A DNA stretch of 64,000 nt. Origin: Takakia lepidozioides (Eukaryota > Plantae > Bryophyta). The stretch spans positions 73,470,001 through 73,534,000 of the forward strand of contig CM060731.1 of assembly GCA_030704615.1 (NCBI GenBank), read 5' to 3'. This document shows positions 37,986 through 50,009 of the stretch, piece after piece. A program made the position numbers and the translations under genes. The number at the start of each line of letters is the position of its first letter. The stretch's first letter is position 1. The notes below the pieces were generated by a model that ran no database searches, was not told where the DNA came from, and saw only the letters and a program-made list of their open reading frames with translations.

Positions 37986-38261
37986 ACCCGTCCGGCTTTG
38001 AGCCAAATAATCACGTGTCAGTGTCCTCTATGAATCTCACCCCTGCTTGACAGGAGTCCTTATAAATCTCCTGTCTTCCAGTGAACTAAATTAGTAATGT
38101 AATGGATGATTTCTCTGCCTGACCCCTTCAAGACAAAGGTCCACAATGAAATCACTTCACTTGGTCACACCTTTGAGAATGTTGCAATTACCCAACTGAC
38201 AAGTCAAGCAATGGTTTAAACAGGGGAAACCTCCATTTTGGTTTTTGTCTCCACAACTTTT

Positions 38262-41174
38262 TCAGTGGAGGAATGATGCCTGATATGCAGGGGGAGGGGG
38301 TGGCAAACCACTACCAAATTGATAGCTATTGTAAGTGGCAGACGCATTATTGTAAGCTGAAGATCCATAGACAGGGGAACCTACGCCATCAGAATACAGG
38401 TAAGAGCTGGACAGTGACACAGGGCTCCGGTTTCCGCCGGCATATGTAGTAGAATAAGGCGCTTGGCCACGCCGATCATAGTTATTCTGTGCTGCCAAGC
38501 TGTATGATGAGACACCCACTCCACTATAATTCCTTTCTGATGCTCGATAATAGCCTCTGTTATCATTATTAGAAGCTACAGCGCCATACCCTGCTCCACT
38601 GCCATTGCTGGCACGAGGCCGTTTGGTTTGTGCTTTCACTGCAACAGCTGCCCGCTTCCTGTCTGACTTGGCCTTCTCCAGCTGCACAACCCGCTTCTGG
38701 AGTGGCGCTGATGGATACTGACTCTCGAGTGTATATTGCTCAATGCACTTAAGCACAGCCTTAAGAGCAGCTAACTCCTTCATCGTTGCATCATTCTGCA
38801 AGATGTCAAAATGCAAAACCTCAATGCATAAGCAGAAACAGGCACTGCAAATCTTAGAAGTACTCTCATTTGATACACGTAGCCAAAAACGAAACCACCT
38901 GACTGCATAATCTTCCTACGTCTGCTCAGAGTTACTAAAGGAACCAATCCTAGCTTGAAGATGAATAGGGGAGGACACCCCAGTCATCTCTTCCACTGCA
39001 AGACCATGTTCAATGGGAATCCAAGCAAAGTGCTCATTATATCCTTGAGAACAACCCTTTCCCTACCACATATTCCTGCCGTTCTTTACCTCAAAAAGGA
39101 ACTGTAAGCACATCTCTTTGGAAAATCTGCGTACCTGAGCAGCAGCTGAACTATTTCCAGTTTTGAGGATGGCTTGTGCAGTTTTCCGAGCCTCCTTGAG
39201 ATACGCTTTCAGCAAGGGGATGGGCTGAACACGATCCATCATACCAAAAGACTGGGCAAAGGAGAGAGCCTCAATCTGTTTACCTTCTTTTGCCAGCCTG
39301 TCCACCACATCTGTAGTGAAAGAGAACAACAATAATATACTAAATACAATAAGTAGAGATGATTGCAACTCCATAGAGAGGCATCCCAGACAAATCAACC
39401 AATATTTTCAGACAGAAGAGAGGTTAGGAGGAGCAAGTTCTGAAGAGAAATTCCAACCCCAGCTTTTGCAACAATGGTTGCACCCTTAATCACATAATTT
39501 AAAGAGAACTTACCTGTTCGTCCTTAAGAGAGTGCGGCCAGTATCATGTTAAAAGCTTACTACCTTTAAGTAGGGACAAAGACAGAACTGACCAGAAAAG
39601 CTGGTCCTTTATCCATAAGTCTGGGGAGGAACAGTTATTATCATCTTCCAATCTTTTTGGAAAGGACAAGGGCTTAAATACATATCAACAGAAGCCTACA
39701 CAAGAAGGCCCCAGTTTGCTAGCAAGCATTCAGATCTGTTCTTCAAAACAGTAGAGTTGTAGCAGGAAGTGTAAGTGGCTAAGGTGGGCAGGCAACAGCC
39801 TTTATATGAGCTGAGAGGAATTGAGCAGGCCTGAAATGGACCATACATATTAGAGATCCATGTCAGTTCAGATTGAGGCCCTTCATGATGGCCTCACCCT
39901 CGAATTGAGGCTGACTTGAGGGAGAGACACCAACCTGGTATCTTGGCAGATAGTCCAAGGGATCGGCATAGCACAGGTGTTTGCCTGCGCCGGGCAACAG
40001 CAGTGACGAGTTTGCACAGCTCGTCATCATCATACTCCGAAGCAATTCCAAATGTTGCCAACAGCTGTAGAAAAGCCTGTGCATCCAATGGATTGCCGGC
40101 AGCATCTCCATTGACATTCATCTTGGACTTCCATCGGTCGGCAACCTGCTTGGCCGACACCTTGATATTGGAGGGTACCACGGGATGATCCGCTCCCAGC
40201 ACGGGGTCTGCCAACGCCACAGCCAGGCACTCCAGAAGAAGAACACAGGCACGGCGATTTGCCGATGCTCCTGAGTCCTTATTCTTATCAGCCCCTTGGT
40301 TGGCAGGAACCCCCGGGTCTGGAAGGTGGTAGCCCTCCAACGCATCCAAGACCATGCGTGCAGGGTCGATGGCACACTGCAATGCAGAGGGCAGCTCATT
40401 GCGTAAGGCTCCCACATCTTTCCGATGGTCGACAATATACTTTCTCAACCCATCGCCATCCATAATCTCGCACAATGATTTAAGCTGTGGGCGCACCCTC
40501 ACTTCGGGTACTACTGGTTTGGCAGGAGGAGTGGTAGTAGTGGTGGTAGCAGTGTTATTAGCATCCTTGCTAACAGCGACTAACCCATTGGAAGCCACTT
40601 CTTTTTCAACAGCACTTGCAACTGTTGCAGCTGGGACTCCAGAAGGCTTTTGAGATGCAGCGTCTACCTCCATCGCCTGAGAGATATTGCCATTTAATGC
40701 ACTGTTGGCTGCTGCAGTGTTCTTAGTATCTGACTCATGGTTCACGGTTACAGCTTCAGAAACACTGTTCTGAGGGGCTTTAGCAGCAGCTTCAGCTTCA
40801 AGGCGTGATCGCTCTTCCAGCCACTTGCGCTTTTCTTCAAAAAGAGATGCAATAGCAGAATCTTTTTGTTCTTGCACCCGGGTGAGCATTGCTTGCTCTT
40901 TCGCAGAGACAGCCACTTCCCTCTTATCGAGGGCCCCTTGCAATTCCTGACTTTTGCTCTCAAAGGCCTTTTCCTTGGCACCCAACTCTTCCAGGCGCTT
41001 CTTCATAGATTTCTCTAGTTCTCCAAAATACTCCTCAAACTCTTTCCATTCAAGGGTACAGCTAGCTATGGCTACTCTGTGCTTTTCAAGGTCCGTAAAG
41101 ACTTTGAAAAGCCGTTCCTTTCTTGCAGGAACAGCCTCTAATTCCTTAACACTGGCAGCCACCTCCGTCGCCAT
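38262..41174 (-). CDS. FRIGIDA-like protein, 3 coding exons
   Basis: Exons 41174-39935 (LCEIMDGDGLRKYI..ELPSAL..DPARMVLDALEG..RRACVLLLE..DAQAFLQLLATFGI), 39310-39135 (GKQIEAL..PIPLLKAYLKEA) and 38795-38262 (KELAALKAVLKCIEQYTLE..KRPR). Phases are compatible. Confidence 0.93.
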
Positions 41175-42040
41175 TCTCTAACCCTACCCCCACTGCAAAA
41201 TTCACCCCACACCCTCTTTAGCTCACACCACTCCGGTCAGCAAATTCTCAACAAACCAGCAGGCAATCCACGCCACAGCCGTGATTCAAACGATCCCCCA
41301 CACCACTCCCACGATAGATTATACACACGCATGCGATGTCCAAACCAAACAACCACCACACCCTCAATCCAAAACCCCCACACAACCCCCTCTCCCGATC
41401 CGATCCAACACAACACAATCACAATCACATTCCTGTAAGTAAGTATCTCCTGCAAGATTCAAAGAGAGAGCACAGCGGTCAGAGTGGCGGGAAGTGGTTT
41501 GGTCGATGCTCCTCCTCGCACCTCATAGCGCGCTCTGCCCGAACCGCAACTCGCACCCGCCTTTGGTCGGTGCGCTCTCTAACAGATAACCTCCTCCGCA
41601 CTGTCGGATCCTCCATCCTGCGGCTCTCCCTCGCGGCACGTGCCGCCCACGCCTCCCGCGCCGGCAACTGCCCTCCCTCCACCCATACGCGTATACTTCA
41701 CCGTAACCGTACACACATACACCGCCTATAAATACACCTAATCATAGCCTTCCCGGTACTCAATGAAACGACCCTGTAGGTAGGTAGCTACGTGTATACG
41801 TGTACGTATGTATGTACGTACTCCGTGTTATGTACTATTGCCAATCGTGCGGCTCGTATGCTAACATCGTGGACGCCACAGAAGGACCTTGCAGAGAGAG
41901 CTCATGATGCAATGCCATGAAGCTTTGATGCCAAGCTTGTCAGTCTATTAGGAATCTAGCGTTTGATGTTCGGATGTTGTAAATTGGCTGAGGATTGGAT
42001 TGGCGACTATACGGAAATTATATGAGGTCAGGGTGCAGTT

Positions 42041-42043
<3 letters not shown>

Positions 42044-42071
<28 letters not shown>
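42044..42071. repeat. (GA)n microsatellite in the 5' region of U11/U12-59K
   Basis: About 14 GA units. Similar tracts lie at ~30887-30906 and ~31151-31168. Confidence 0.9.
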
Positions 42072-42233
42072 GCAGAGATAGGCTGTGTGAGGAGTTGTAG
42101 TGAGGTATGCGGTGATGACAGTCTTGTGAATTTTCGTTCAGTTCTGTTGTATCGGAATCAAAGATCGAGTCAATCTCTGTTCTATGCGTACACTTCCTCC
42201 TTAACCTATTGTTATCTAGGCCAGCATTTCCTC

Positions 42234-45200
42234 ATGTACAAGCCTGCGGTGCCTAACCTCCCTCAGGGGCTTCCCCGACACGTTCCACCGAATGTGCCTT
42301 CGCAACCGCTATGGCAGGGTGCGCAGCTGCGTCGGCACCTGGCTGAGCTCTTACAGACCGCCTCTCTTCTTAGTGCTGTGTGCGTGATTCATAAGCCTTT
42401 TTCTGCATTTCGCTTCTCTCTGTGACAAATGAGAATGCAGCTTGCTGATCAATAGAATAAAGACTAAGCTTGGTCTATGATGCTCAGAATATCGCAATTT
42501 TTGAAGCACTTTTCAAGTGGTTCATGCAGTGTTACCTTTGTGCTTACAGTGGAGCACTTGTTAGAGACCCTGTAACATCTCGAGTTTCACTGGTTCTTGT
42601 CTCTCTGGATTTTTCCAAAGAGGTCTGCTACTGAGAGGTTGATACTTTTGAGATTATTATGGCTCTATGGTGGGGGATACTGTACATCTGAAAGTCATTC
42701 ATGAATGGATGAGCAATTCCATAATTCACAGGCGCAGTATGCCTCTAAAACTTCTCAGCTCCGCATACCCATGGGGTTTTGGAGAGAAAATTCCTGATCT
42801 CCTCATGCATACGAAGATGACAACTCTTTGTACAGCCCTCATTGAAATTGAATGTGGATAGTTTGGTATCTGCTCAGCTGGAAATTAGGGTTTTCCCTAA
42901 TTCACTAAGATTTATGTTTCTTGGAAAACAATTCACTCACTACGATGGCTTTCCTCTGTCCATGTGTGCAGAGGGGAGGAATTGAAGGCGATTGAGATCT
43001 TGAAATCTAAAGGCGCTGACATAAGTGCTTCATCCCAAACTGAAACCAAAAATCTTCAAGATCTTAAACATGAAATCGAACCTCTTGCAAATTTAGATAT
43101 CAACAAGGAAAGCAACCATGGTGCACAAGAAGTTCCCACACCCAGTGCCACTGCAAGTGAAGTCAAAGTCCTCCAAGAAGAGGGAGTAGGCACACTCAGT
43201 TCCCCCTTAAAAACCTCCCTCCAATCTCAGATTGAGACCGAGTCAGTATCTGCCTATGTGCAGAACACCATTCCAAATGTCACAGAACCAAGCTTCATCG
43301 GGGGCCAAGGAAGGTCTCTCTCGGATACAGTCACACACCATGGTCTATTGGCCACTGTCTGTCAAGAAAGGGGTATCAATGAGTCGCAGGCAAGAGAGGC
43401 AGCCATTGATCTCCAGAGGCAAGTGCAAGCTCTCCTGGCCCCCTTGCAAGCTGCTCTAAGAAACCAAGGGGGATGGGAGAATGTAGCCGCTGTCAGGCTT
43501 GGCAATCAGCAGAGGAAAATCTGTCGCAATCGGAGGTGGAGGCAGCGTCGGAGGCAGCGTGCAGGGGAGGCACTGTTGAAGGTTCTGTCTTTAATGCTCT
43601 ATGAAGTCAACATTACAATGTTATGCAGGTGGATGGGTAGTATGTTTCATTAGGCTCAATCTAGACAAAAAGATTCTGCACTTGCAATTCTTTCAATAGC
43701 CGATGAGTATGACACACCACTCCGGGTGCAGGAGCGAGAGGGATACGAGAAGGCTGACCAGAAGGCTGATGAGTGGAGGGCCAGGGAAATTGCGAAGCTG
43801 ATAGCTAGGCGCAAGGTGATGATCTTAGATGTGTCTGGATGCAATCAAGAAAATAAGGGTATCTGTGCAGTTTTTGCTTTGAGGTGACACCAGTCTTATG
43901 ACTGCAGGGGTAAGTATTGTTTGGTTGCTATTGACTTATGGTAAATTTCTTTCCTCCCATTTGAGAAGATAGGGGTGACTCCAGCTGAAGCCACTGTAAA
44001 TAAGAGCCCCTTCGCCTCGGGTACTGCTCCCTGTCACGTGTGGCCTCTAAAAAAGGAGTAACTCCCCAGTCTCTGGTCTGATTTGAAAGTCCTATTTTCA
44101 TGGAGGGTTATTGGTGTCTGCCAAGGAGCTGCTTCTGGATTAATCTCGTCATTTCCACTTGGTACTGATTGAAGCAAGCTTTTCAGTCATATAAGTGTTT
44201 TTCGTGCTTGTTGCTACTTCCTAGCATTTGCTGTTAATGTCTGAAGACCTTTTTCGCAGATGGACAAAATGAAGGAGGTTGCTGAGAAAAAAGCAAAAGA
44301 GGAGAGAAAGAGACTTGAAAAGGAGGTTTGTCTTGCTGGCCTCTCACTCCTTCCTTGCATTTAGTAATGAAGTCATTCAGTTGCCAATAGCTTCATCCCT
44401 AGTCCGAAAGGGCGTGTTCATTGTCTCCATTAATCTGCTTACCATGTGTTGTAATATGACAATTATCATCACTGTAAGCATTTGATGTCGTTGTTGTAAG
44501 GTCTTGTGGTGTTCTTTTTGGACAGCCATCATGTATGTACCTTGCAGATGTATTGAAACAATCTGTGGTAATAGATGTTACTGTGTTATGGGCACAGCAA
44601 GAGACTGTTTTGATGGTGGAAAAGCTCCAGGAGCTTCGCACTCTTCGGATTCAGAAGTTGAAAAAACAAGGTCAGGTTTGTTTTTGTGACTTAGATGGAT
44701 GTTGCATGTCCTGTGCATTGATGAGAAGAGAAGGAAATCAAGAGAGGTGAAGACACGGAACAAGAGCAGAGACTAATAGTGTTAGTCATGGAGTCTACTA
44801 GTTTTGACGAACATTGGATGGTTTGAAGCCACTCACATCAATCCCCCCTGCCTAGCAAGAGATTTTAAGAACCCGTCTCCTGTCTTCGTTGGTCTCTGAA
44901 CTGGGTATCCAACATTGCAGGCCGTTTCTTCCCTGATGAAGATGACAAATTCATGGAGCGTGTACGTGCTGCTGTGGAGGAAGAGGAGCGCCAGGCAGCT
45001 GCTGCAGCTGACACAAGTGCAGCTGCGGCTGCCATAGCCAGTGCTCAGGAAGCTGGCAAATCCGCGGGTCCTCCTTCCGCCGTTGTGGCTGGTTTGGTTG
45101 ATAGAGAAGGGGGTGCAGAAGCTGTTGGGTTGGATCTGAAGTCAAAGGCTACCATAGACACAGGCGTGTCTGTCCCTGTTGCTGATTCGTTAAAGGGCAT

Positions 45201-46463
45201 GGTAAGATAAAATATCAAATACAAACTACCAATTTCTCAGTAGTAAAAAAAATGACATTGACTCTACTTGCAAATGGGGTTGATGAAAGACTGGGTTTTA
45301 GCTCCTTCATTTGACTTACAGACTTGGAGGCCATTGCATGTAAAGCTTTCTGCTATCTTCACTCCAACCAGCTGATGAGAGGCACGTGTTTCAAACTGGA
45401 TAGGTGGAATCCAGCAGAGTGCCAAATGCTCTTTTGAGGAAAGAGGTTGTGGAAAATGTCGAAGGAGAGGGTGCTAAAGAGGATAGAGGGGGAGGAGTAC
45501 AAGACGGTCATGGAGGATTACCGGCTGAGCTTTATCACTACTATTATGGCAGCCAAGCAGATATGGGAACGTTAATCGAGGTTTCTTTTGCATCATTACC
45601 TCAGCTTAGTTTTCTTAGTAATGGAGGAAGATGTGATTTTTTGCAGGATGTGTCTGAATTGTCTGATATATCACTAGTACTAGATTTGTTGATATTTCTT
45701 TTTACCGGAGATAGTGTGTCAGAATGTGTCCTTCGCTTGATGGACCTTGCAAAGTCACCATTTCGATTTTGGGGTGTAATGTTATTGAGAGAGTGCTTTA
45801 TTGTCACAGGTCAGACGAGCCTGGGATGCTTTCATTATGCCAAGTGGAAGGTCAGTCCTAATCTTAATGTATTCTCTTGCCTCGAGGGGAGAGAGACAGA
45901 GAGAATGTACTCATAAGACGTTGTTTGCCGTAGCCTTGTGGCCATTGACCCAAGAGAGAGGGAGAAAATGTACTCACAAGACGTCGTTTGCCGAGAGAGA
46001 GAGAGATTGTACTCATAAGACGTTGTTTGCCGTAGCCTTGTGGCCATTGAGAGAGAGAGAGAGAGAGACCAGTTGAAGGCAAAGACAGGAGAAGCAGGGT
46101 GGCACTCAATACACAGATTTGAGGTAGGGGGATGCATAGAAGTCTAGTTTTTTCTAGTGATAACTTTTTATGTTTGATTTGTCTTAGAAGATGGAGTGTT
46201 CAGGTTTTGTTTGGTAGCCTGCAGTTTGTCATTAGGAATGGGAAAGTTTGTCTTTTGGAACTCTTATCAGTATGATTCCAAGGCTCTTGTTTGTTTTTTC
46301 CAGCCGAATACCAGGTCACTGGATTGGAGCTCCACCACCATCAGATGCTGTTTGGGCCTCTTATTTAGTATATCACAGAAGCAAGAAACGGCGTACAGGT
46401 GATGGAAAGGCACAGAGAGAGCCCAGACAGCAGCGGAAGCACAAGAAGCTTGTTGAGCAATAA
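42234..46463 (+). CDS. U11/U12-59K: U11/U12 snRNP 59 kDa protein (PDCD7 homolog), multi-exon
   Basis: RKICRNRRWRQRRRQR (~43515-43560), ADQKADEWRAREIAK (~43750-43800), LMVEKLQELRTLRIQKLKKQG|RFFPDEDDKFMERVRAAVEEEERQA, LPAELYHYYYGSQADMGTLIE|VRRAWDAF..|SRIPGHW..PPPSDAVWASYL. Confidence 0.9.
45886..46068 (-). mobile_element. Three tandem LINE 3'-tail remnants separated by (GA)n, in an intron of U11/U12-59K
   Basis: gagaatgtactcataagacgttgtttgccgtagccttgtggccattgaccc at ~45901-45951, a shorter copy at ~45962-45993, and a third at ~46003-46049. Confidence 0.85.
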
Positions 46464-48367
46464 GGCATTACAGGTCCGCCTTTTATCCTCCAGACTGGGC
46501 ATGTGGCCCTTTGCCACAAGGCCATGGCAGGCAAATGCTTACAAGTCTGTTATCATTTGGGTTTGCTCTGTTCAGATTTGGGGAACAAAGGCTTACAAAT
46601 CATTGACGGCACAAATGTTATGTGTGCAAGAATTGCCTATCTGCAACTGATCACAGTTAAGCAGGTTGACAACGGGCTTCAATTAAGCATTCCTTCTATG
46701 TTCCCACTTCTGTGCGTAAGTATGAACCTAAAAGAACTGCGAAAACCCTCTCCTAAGAAGCAGAGAAGAAAAGTGATGCAGTATGAGACGCCCTGCCTAT
46801 GAAGGCCCATTGCATTAAGTGGGGGCAGTTTTCTAGGTGTGAGGTTTGAATGAGGATGCCGATGGAACTCCATGCAAATTGATTCCAGTGCCTTCTCTGA
46901 TTCAGGGTGAGTGCTTGGAGGCAACGGATTTCTGTCACTTTGACAACAATTTCTTATCAACGAGCAGGACGGCAGGAAGCAATGAGACGATCCAAAAGGT
47001 CTGAACCCCCAAGTTAAGGCTTTAAGGAGGGGACTTGGTTTATTTGGAGAAAAGATGATGACATGGATAACTTTTGTTCTGTGAGTTGCTCCCAAGGTAC
47101 GCATACAAAGACAAGCTGGACAGTTATGGACATAGCCTATATCACATGGAAACAGCTAGCTATGTCTTCCCCTTGACATGACGTAAATAAGCAGACATCG
47201 GCTGCATGGAACTGTATTTGCAAGTTGATTCTTTGTTCTCTCTGTAATATCAGTTGTGTTTGTCGTCTTTGTGTGTGCAGATAGCCCGAGTCATTTCGAG
47301 ACATTTTGGAAAGACTGACCATGAATACGTTTATGATGCCTTGCCAAAGGGGTAACAAAACAGAGATGCACCCCCTGACAGCCCTGCGGGCAATTACCTC
47401 ATCTACTTTATAGGACTATGTTTGGAGTTTACTAGACATCCATTGTACTTAAAAGATAGTCCTACAGGCTTGAGCTTCTTGTTTCCCGAGGGCTTTTGCC
47501 TTCATTTTGCGGCCTTCGTCCTCTCCAGTGCTGAGGCAGTCAGGCATGCCCTAGTGCCTTGTCCAGGCCTTTTAACTCCATTCACCCTGTTCCGTGTGTT
47601 TGCAATGACAAGTCTTGCCTTCATGTCTTGTCAGCTTTGTGAAGAGGTTTCCTAATAAACCTTGGTGTGGGGTCTTACTCTTCTCCTGCTAGAAGAAGAA
47701 AGAGACAAAGAGATGAAATGGAATGAAACAACACTTTAACATTCATGGAAAGCTGGTATCAAACACAGTTGCCAAGTTGAAATAGAGCCATCACTGATGC
47801 ATATTATTGCATGAAGGGTAAGGAAGGCTGGCATGGTGCACAACTGCAGACAAAATTTGCAAGATTGCCCCATGTCGGATGGCCCTCTCACCTGAGCAGC
47901 AGATGCAGCACACAGCACCCAATTCAGATGCCAACACACTGGATCCACACCGCCACAGCAAACCCCCCAACGAACCCACCATGCACCTTCACGATTGCTT
48001 CCATCTTTCCTTCCTGCAACCAACATCCGTCTAGACTTTTATTACCAGAGACTCACTGAGACTTGGATGTGCATACTGTCTGCCCAATATTCATACAACC
48101 CATTACTTACCTTGATGATGCTGCTTAGCAGCGCTCTAAAGATCACTCTGGTGAATACTTTTCACTTGTTATCAACATTTTTCCTTTTTCTTGTTGTTTC
48201 TTGTATGAAAATTTGCATTATATTGATGGGACTCGATCTTCTTTATTCTTTTCTCTTTCTTTTTCTTTTTGCATACTTTTCAACGACGTTGTGTCATATG
48301 CATATTTTTTTAATTACTTTTTAATAAAGCTAAATTGACGTGCAAAAGAGAAGCCATATTGGTGGCA

Positions 48368-49556
48368 ATGGCGATCACTATGCATCGTATGATACAAGGT
48401 GTGCTGTTGCTTTTGGCGATCTTAGCTTCGGCTTTCAATCCGGTCAAATCAGTTTGTCCATCGGGTGCCGTGTTCATGTTCGGAGACCCGCTTTCCGATA
48501 CTGGAAATGATCACCTAGCATTTCCATCAAACCAACAAGTATACTTGAACAGACCTTACGGAGAAACATTTTTTGGACATCCAGCAGGTCGCTTTTCAAA
48601 AGGGCGTATTGTGATTGATTTTGTAGCTCACGCCTTTGGACTACCCTTCCTCACCCCAATTCAAGCATATGCAACGAACCGTACCCACTCCAATTTTCGC
48701 CATGGGATAAATTTTGCTTACGCTGGAGCTACTGCACGAAACGATGACTACTTGGTTCCATATCATCTCGAGCTTCAAGTTGAACAATTTTTGGATTTCA
48801 AAACCAATGCAAAATCAAAACTGGCAAGAGTAGCAATACCCACTTCAGAAAATTATGAAAATGGATTATACATTATACATGTTGGGGGCAACGATTTCTC
48901 ATATCAATATCTCCGACACATGGGACCTACGGAGGTCATGAAACATATTGTGCCTCAATCGGTGGCTGCAGTTTCAGCTACTACAGAGAATTTATATAAC
49001 GCAGGGGCTAGACATTTTTTCATTTACAACAATCCTGCCGAAGGTTGCTCCACTATTTTCCTCTCAAATTGGGGCACTCCTGAGGTTTCGAGAGATGAGC
49101 ATGGGTGTTTGATTCCCTTTAATGAGGTTGTTTTAGCCTACAACGAGGGCTTGAAAAGTATGATTCAAGATCTCCAACAACGGCTTCCGGGAATTTCTAT
49201 TCATTTCGGTCGATATTATGACATCAATGTGGACATTGTGAAGAATCCACAAAAATATGGATTTCCGAAAGAGAACATATTTCAAGCGGCTTGTGGGTAC
49301 GGCCATCCATACAAATTTCAATTTGGATGCTATGTGCGGAAACATTAATGCAACAGTAGGAGGGAAAGTTGAGGGTTTAGATGTATACAAATCTAGAGAT
49401 CCCAACAACTATATTATATGGGATGGAGTACACTTTACAGAGGCTTTTTACAAGATTATAGCAAAGTCATTTTTGACAGGACAATATTTAGAGCCGCCCA
49501 CCAATTTCATGGCAGATTGCAAGTTGAACGGGGAATATTTTGCATACGGAATGTGA
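48368..49556 (+). pseudogene. Intronless GDSL/SGNH lipase, probably a pseudogene
   Basis: Signal peptide, then FGDPLSDTGN (the catalytic Ser is Pro), GRFSKGR, GINFA, GGNDF. A one-base frameshift at ~49312 (tacaaatttc) separates the rest of the gene from the YIIWDGVHFTE block, which is in another frame. Confidence 0.8.
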
Positions 49557-49815
49557 TCTATTTAGCGCTCATGAACTAAGGATGGATCAGTTTTTGTCCA
49601 TGGCTGCAGATTCCCAAATGTTTTCGAAATTGTGCAATAAAATATAGTGCATTGTGATCTATCTGTTGTTCTCTGAGAGGGGAGGAACTTGGTAAGTCAG
49701 TGACGATGGGTATCTGGAGGGCACATTTGATATCATACACTTATGGTCCCAGGCTCGCCAAAAATTCACGGCCAGGCACCTCCGGGGGCAGAATGGCCAG
49801 GCCCTGACCGTTCCA

Positions 49816-49916
49816 TAGTACATAACGCCCCCTCCAGGTGACATGAACATCATGTTGGTCAATTGCGCTCCATGTGCAGTTATCAGCACATCAGTGCTGC
49901 TCATTAGCCCCACCTG
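49816..49916 (-). pseudogene. Isolated exon fragment of a glycosyltransferase family 61 gene
   Basis: cag|VGLMSSTDVLITAHGAQLTNMMFMSPGGGVM contains the GT61 HGAxLTNxxF motif; no other exons were found. Confidence 0.7.
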
Positions 49917-50009
49917 CATTCCATCAATGCAGTTCGTATTAGTTTGATGATAGATCTCTAGAGAGAGTGATGCAGGATTGAGCTAGTTCCTAGTCTTGAG
50001 GCATGCAGG

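Noticed and set aside
45886-46068. Repeat-spacer appearance reminiscent of a CRISPR array
   Set aside because: Eukaryotic intron; the spacers are GA runs, the repeats match a LINE tail, and there are no cas genes.
48488-48490. GDSL catalytic codon CCG, which C-to-U editing would restore to Ser, next to a DYW gene
   Set aside because: Nuclear mRNA editing by native PPR-DYW proteins is not established, and the gene also has a frameshift and a second motif change; simple decay explains it.
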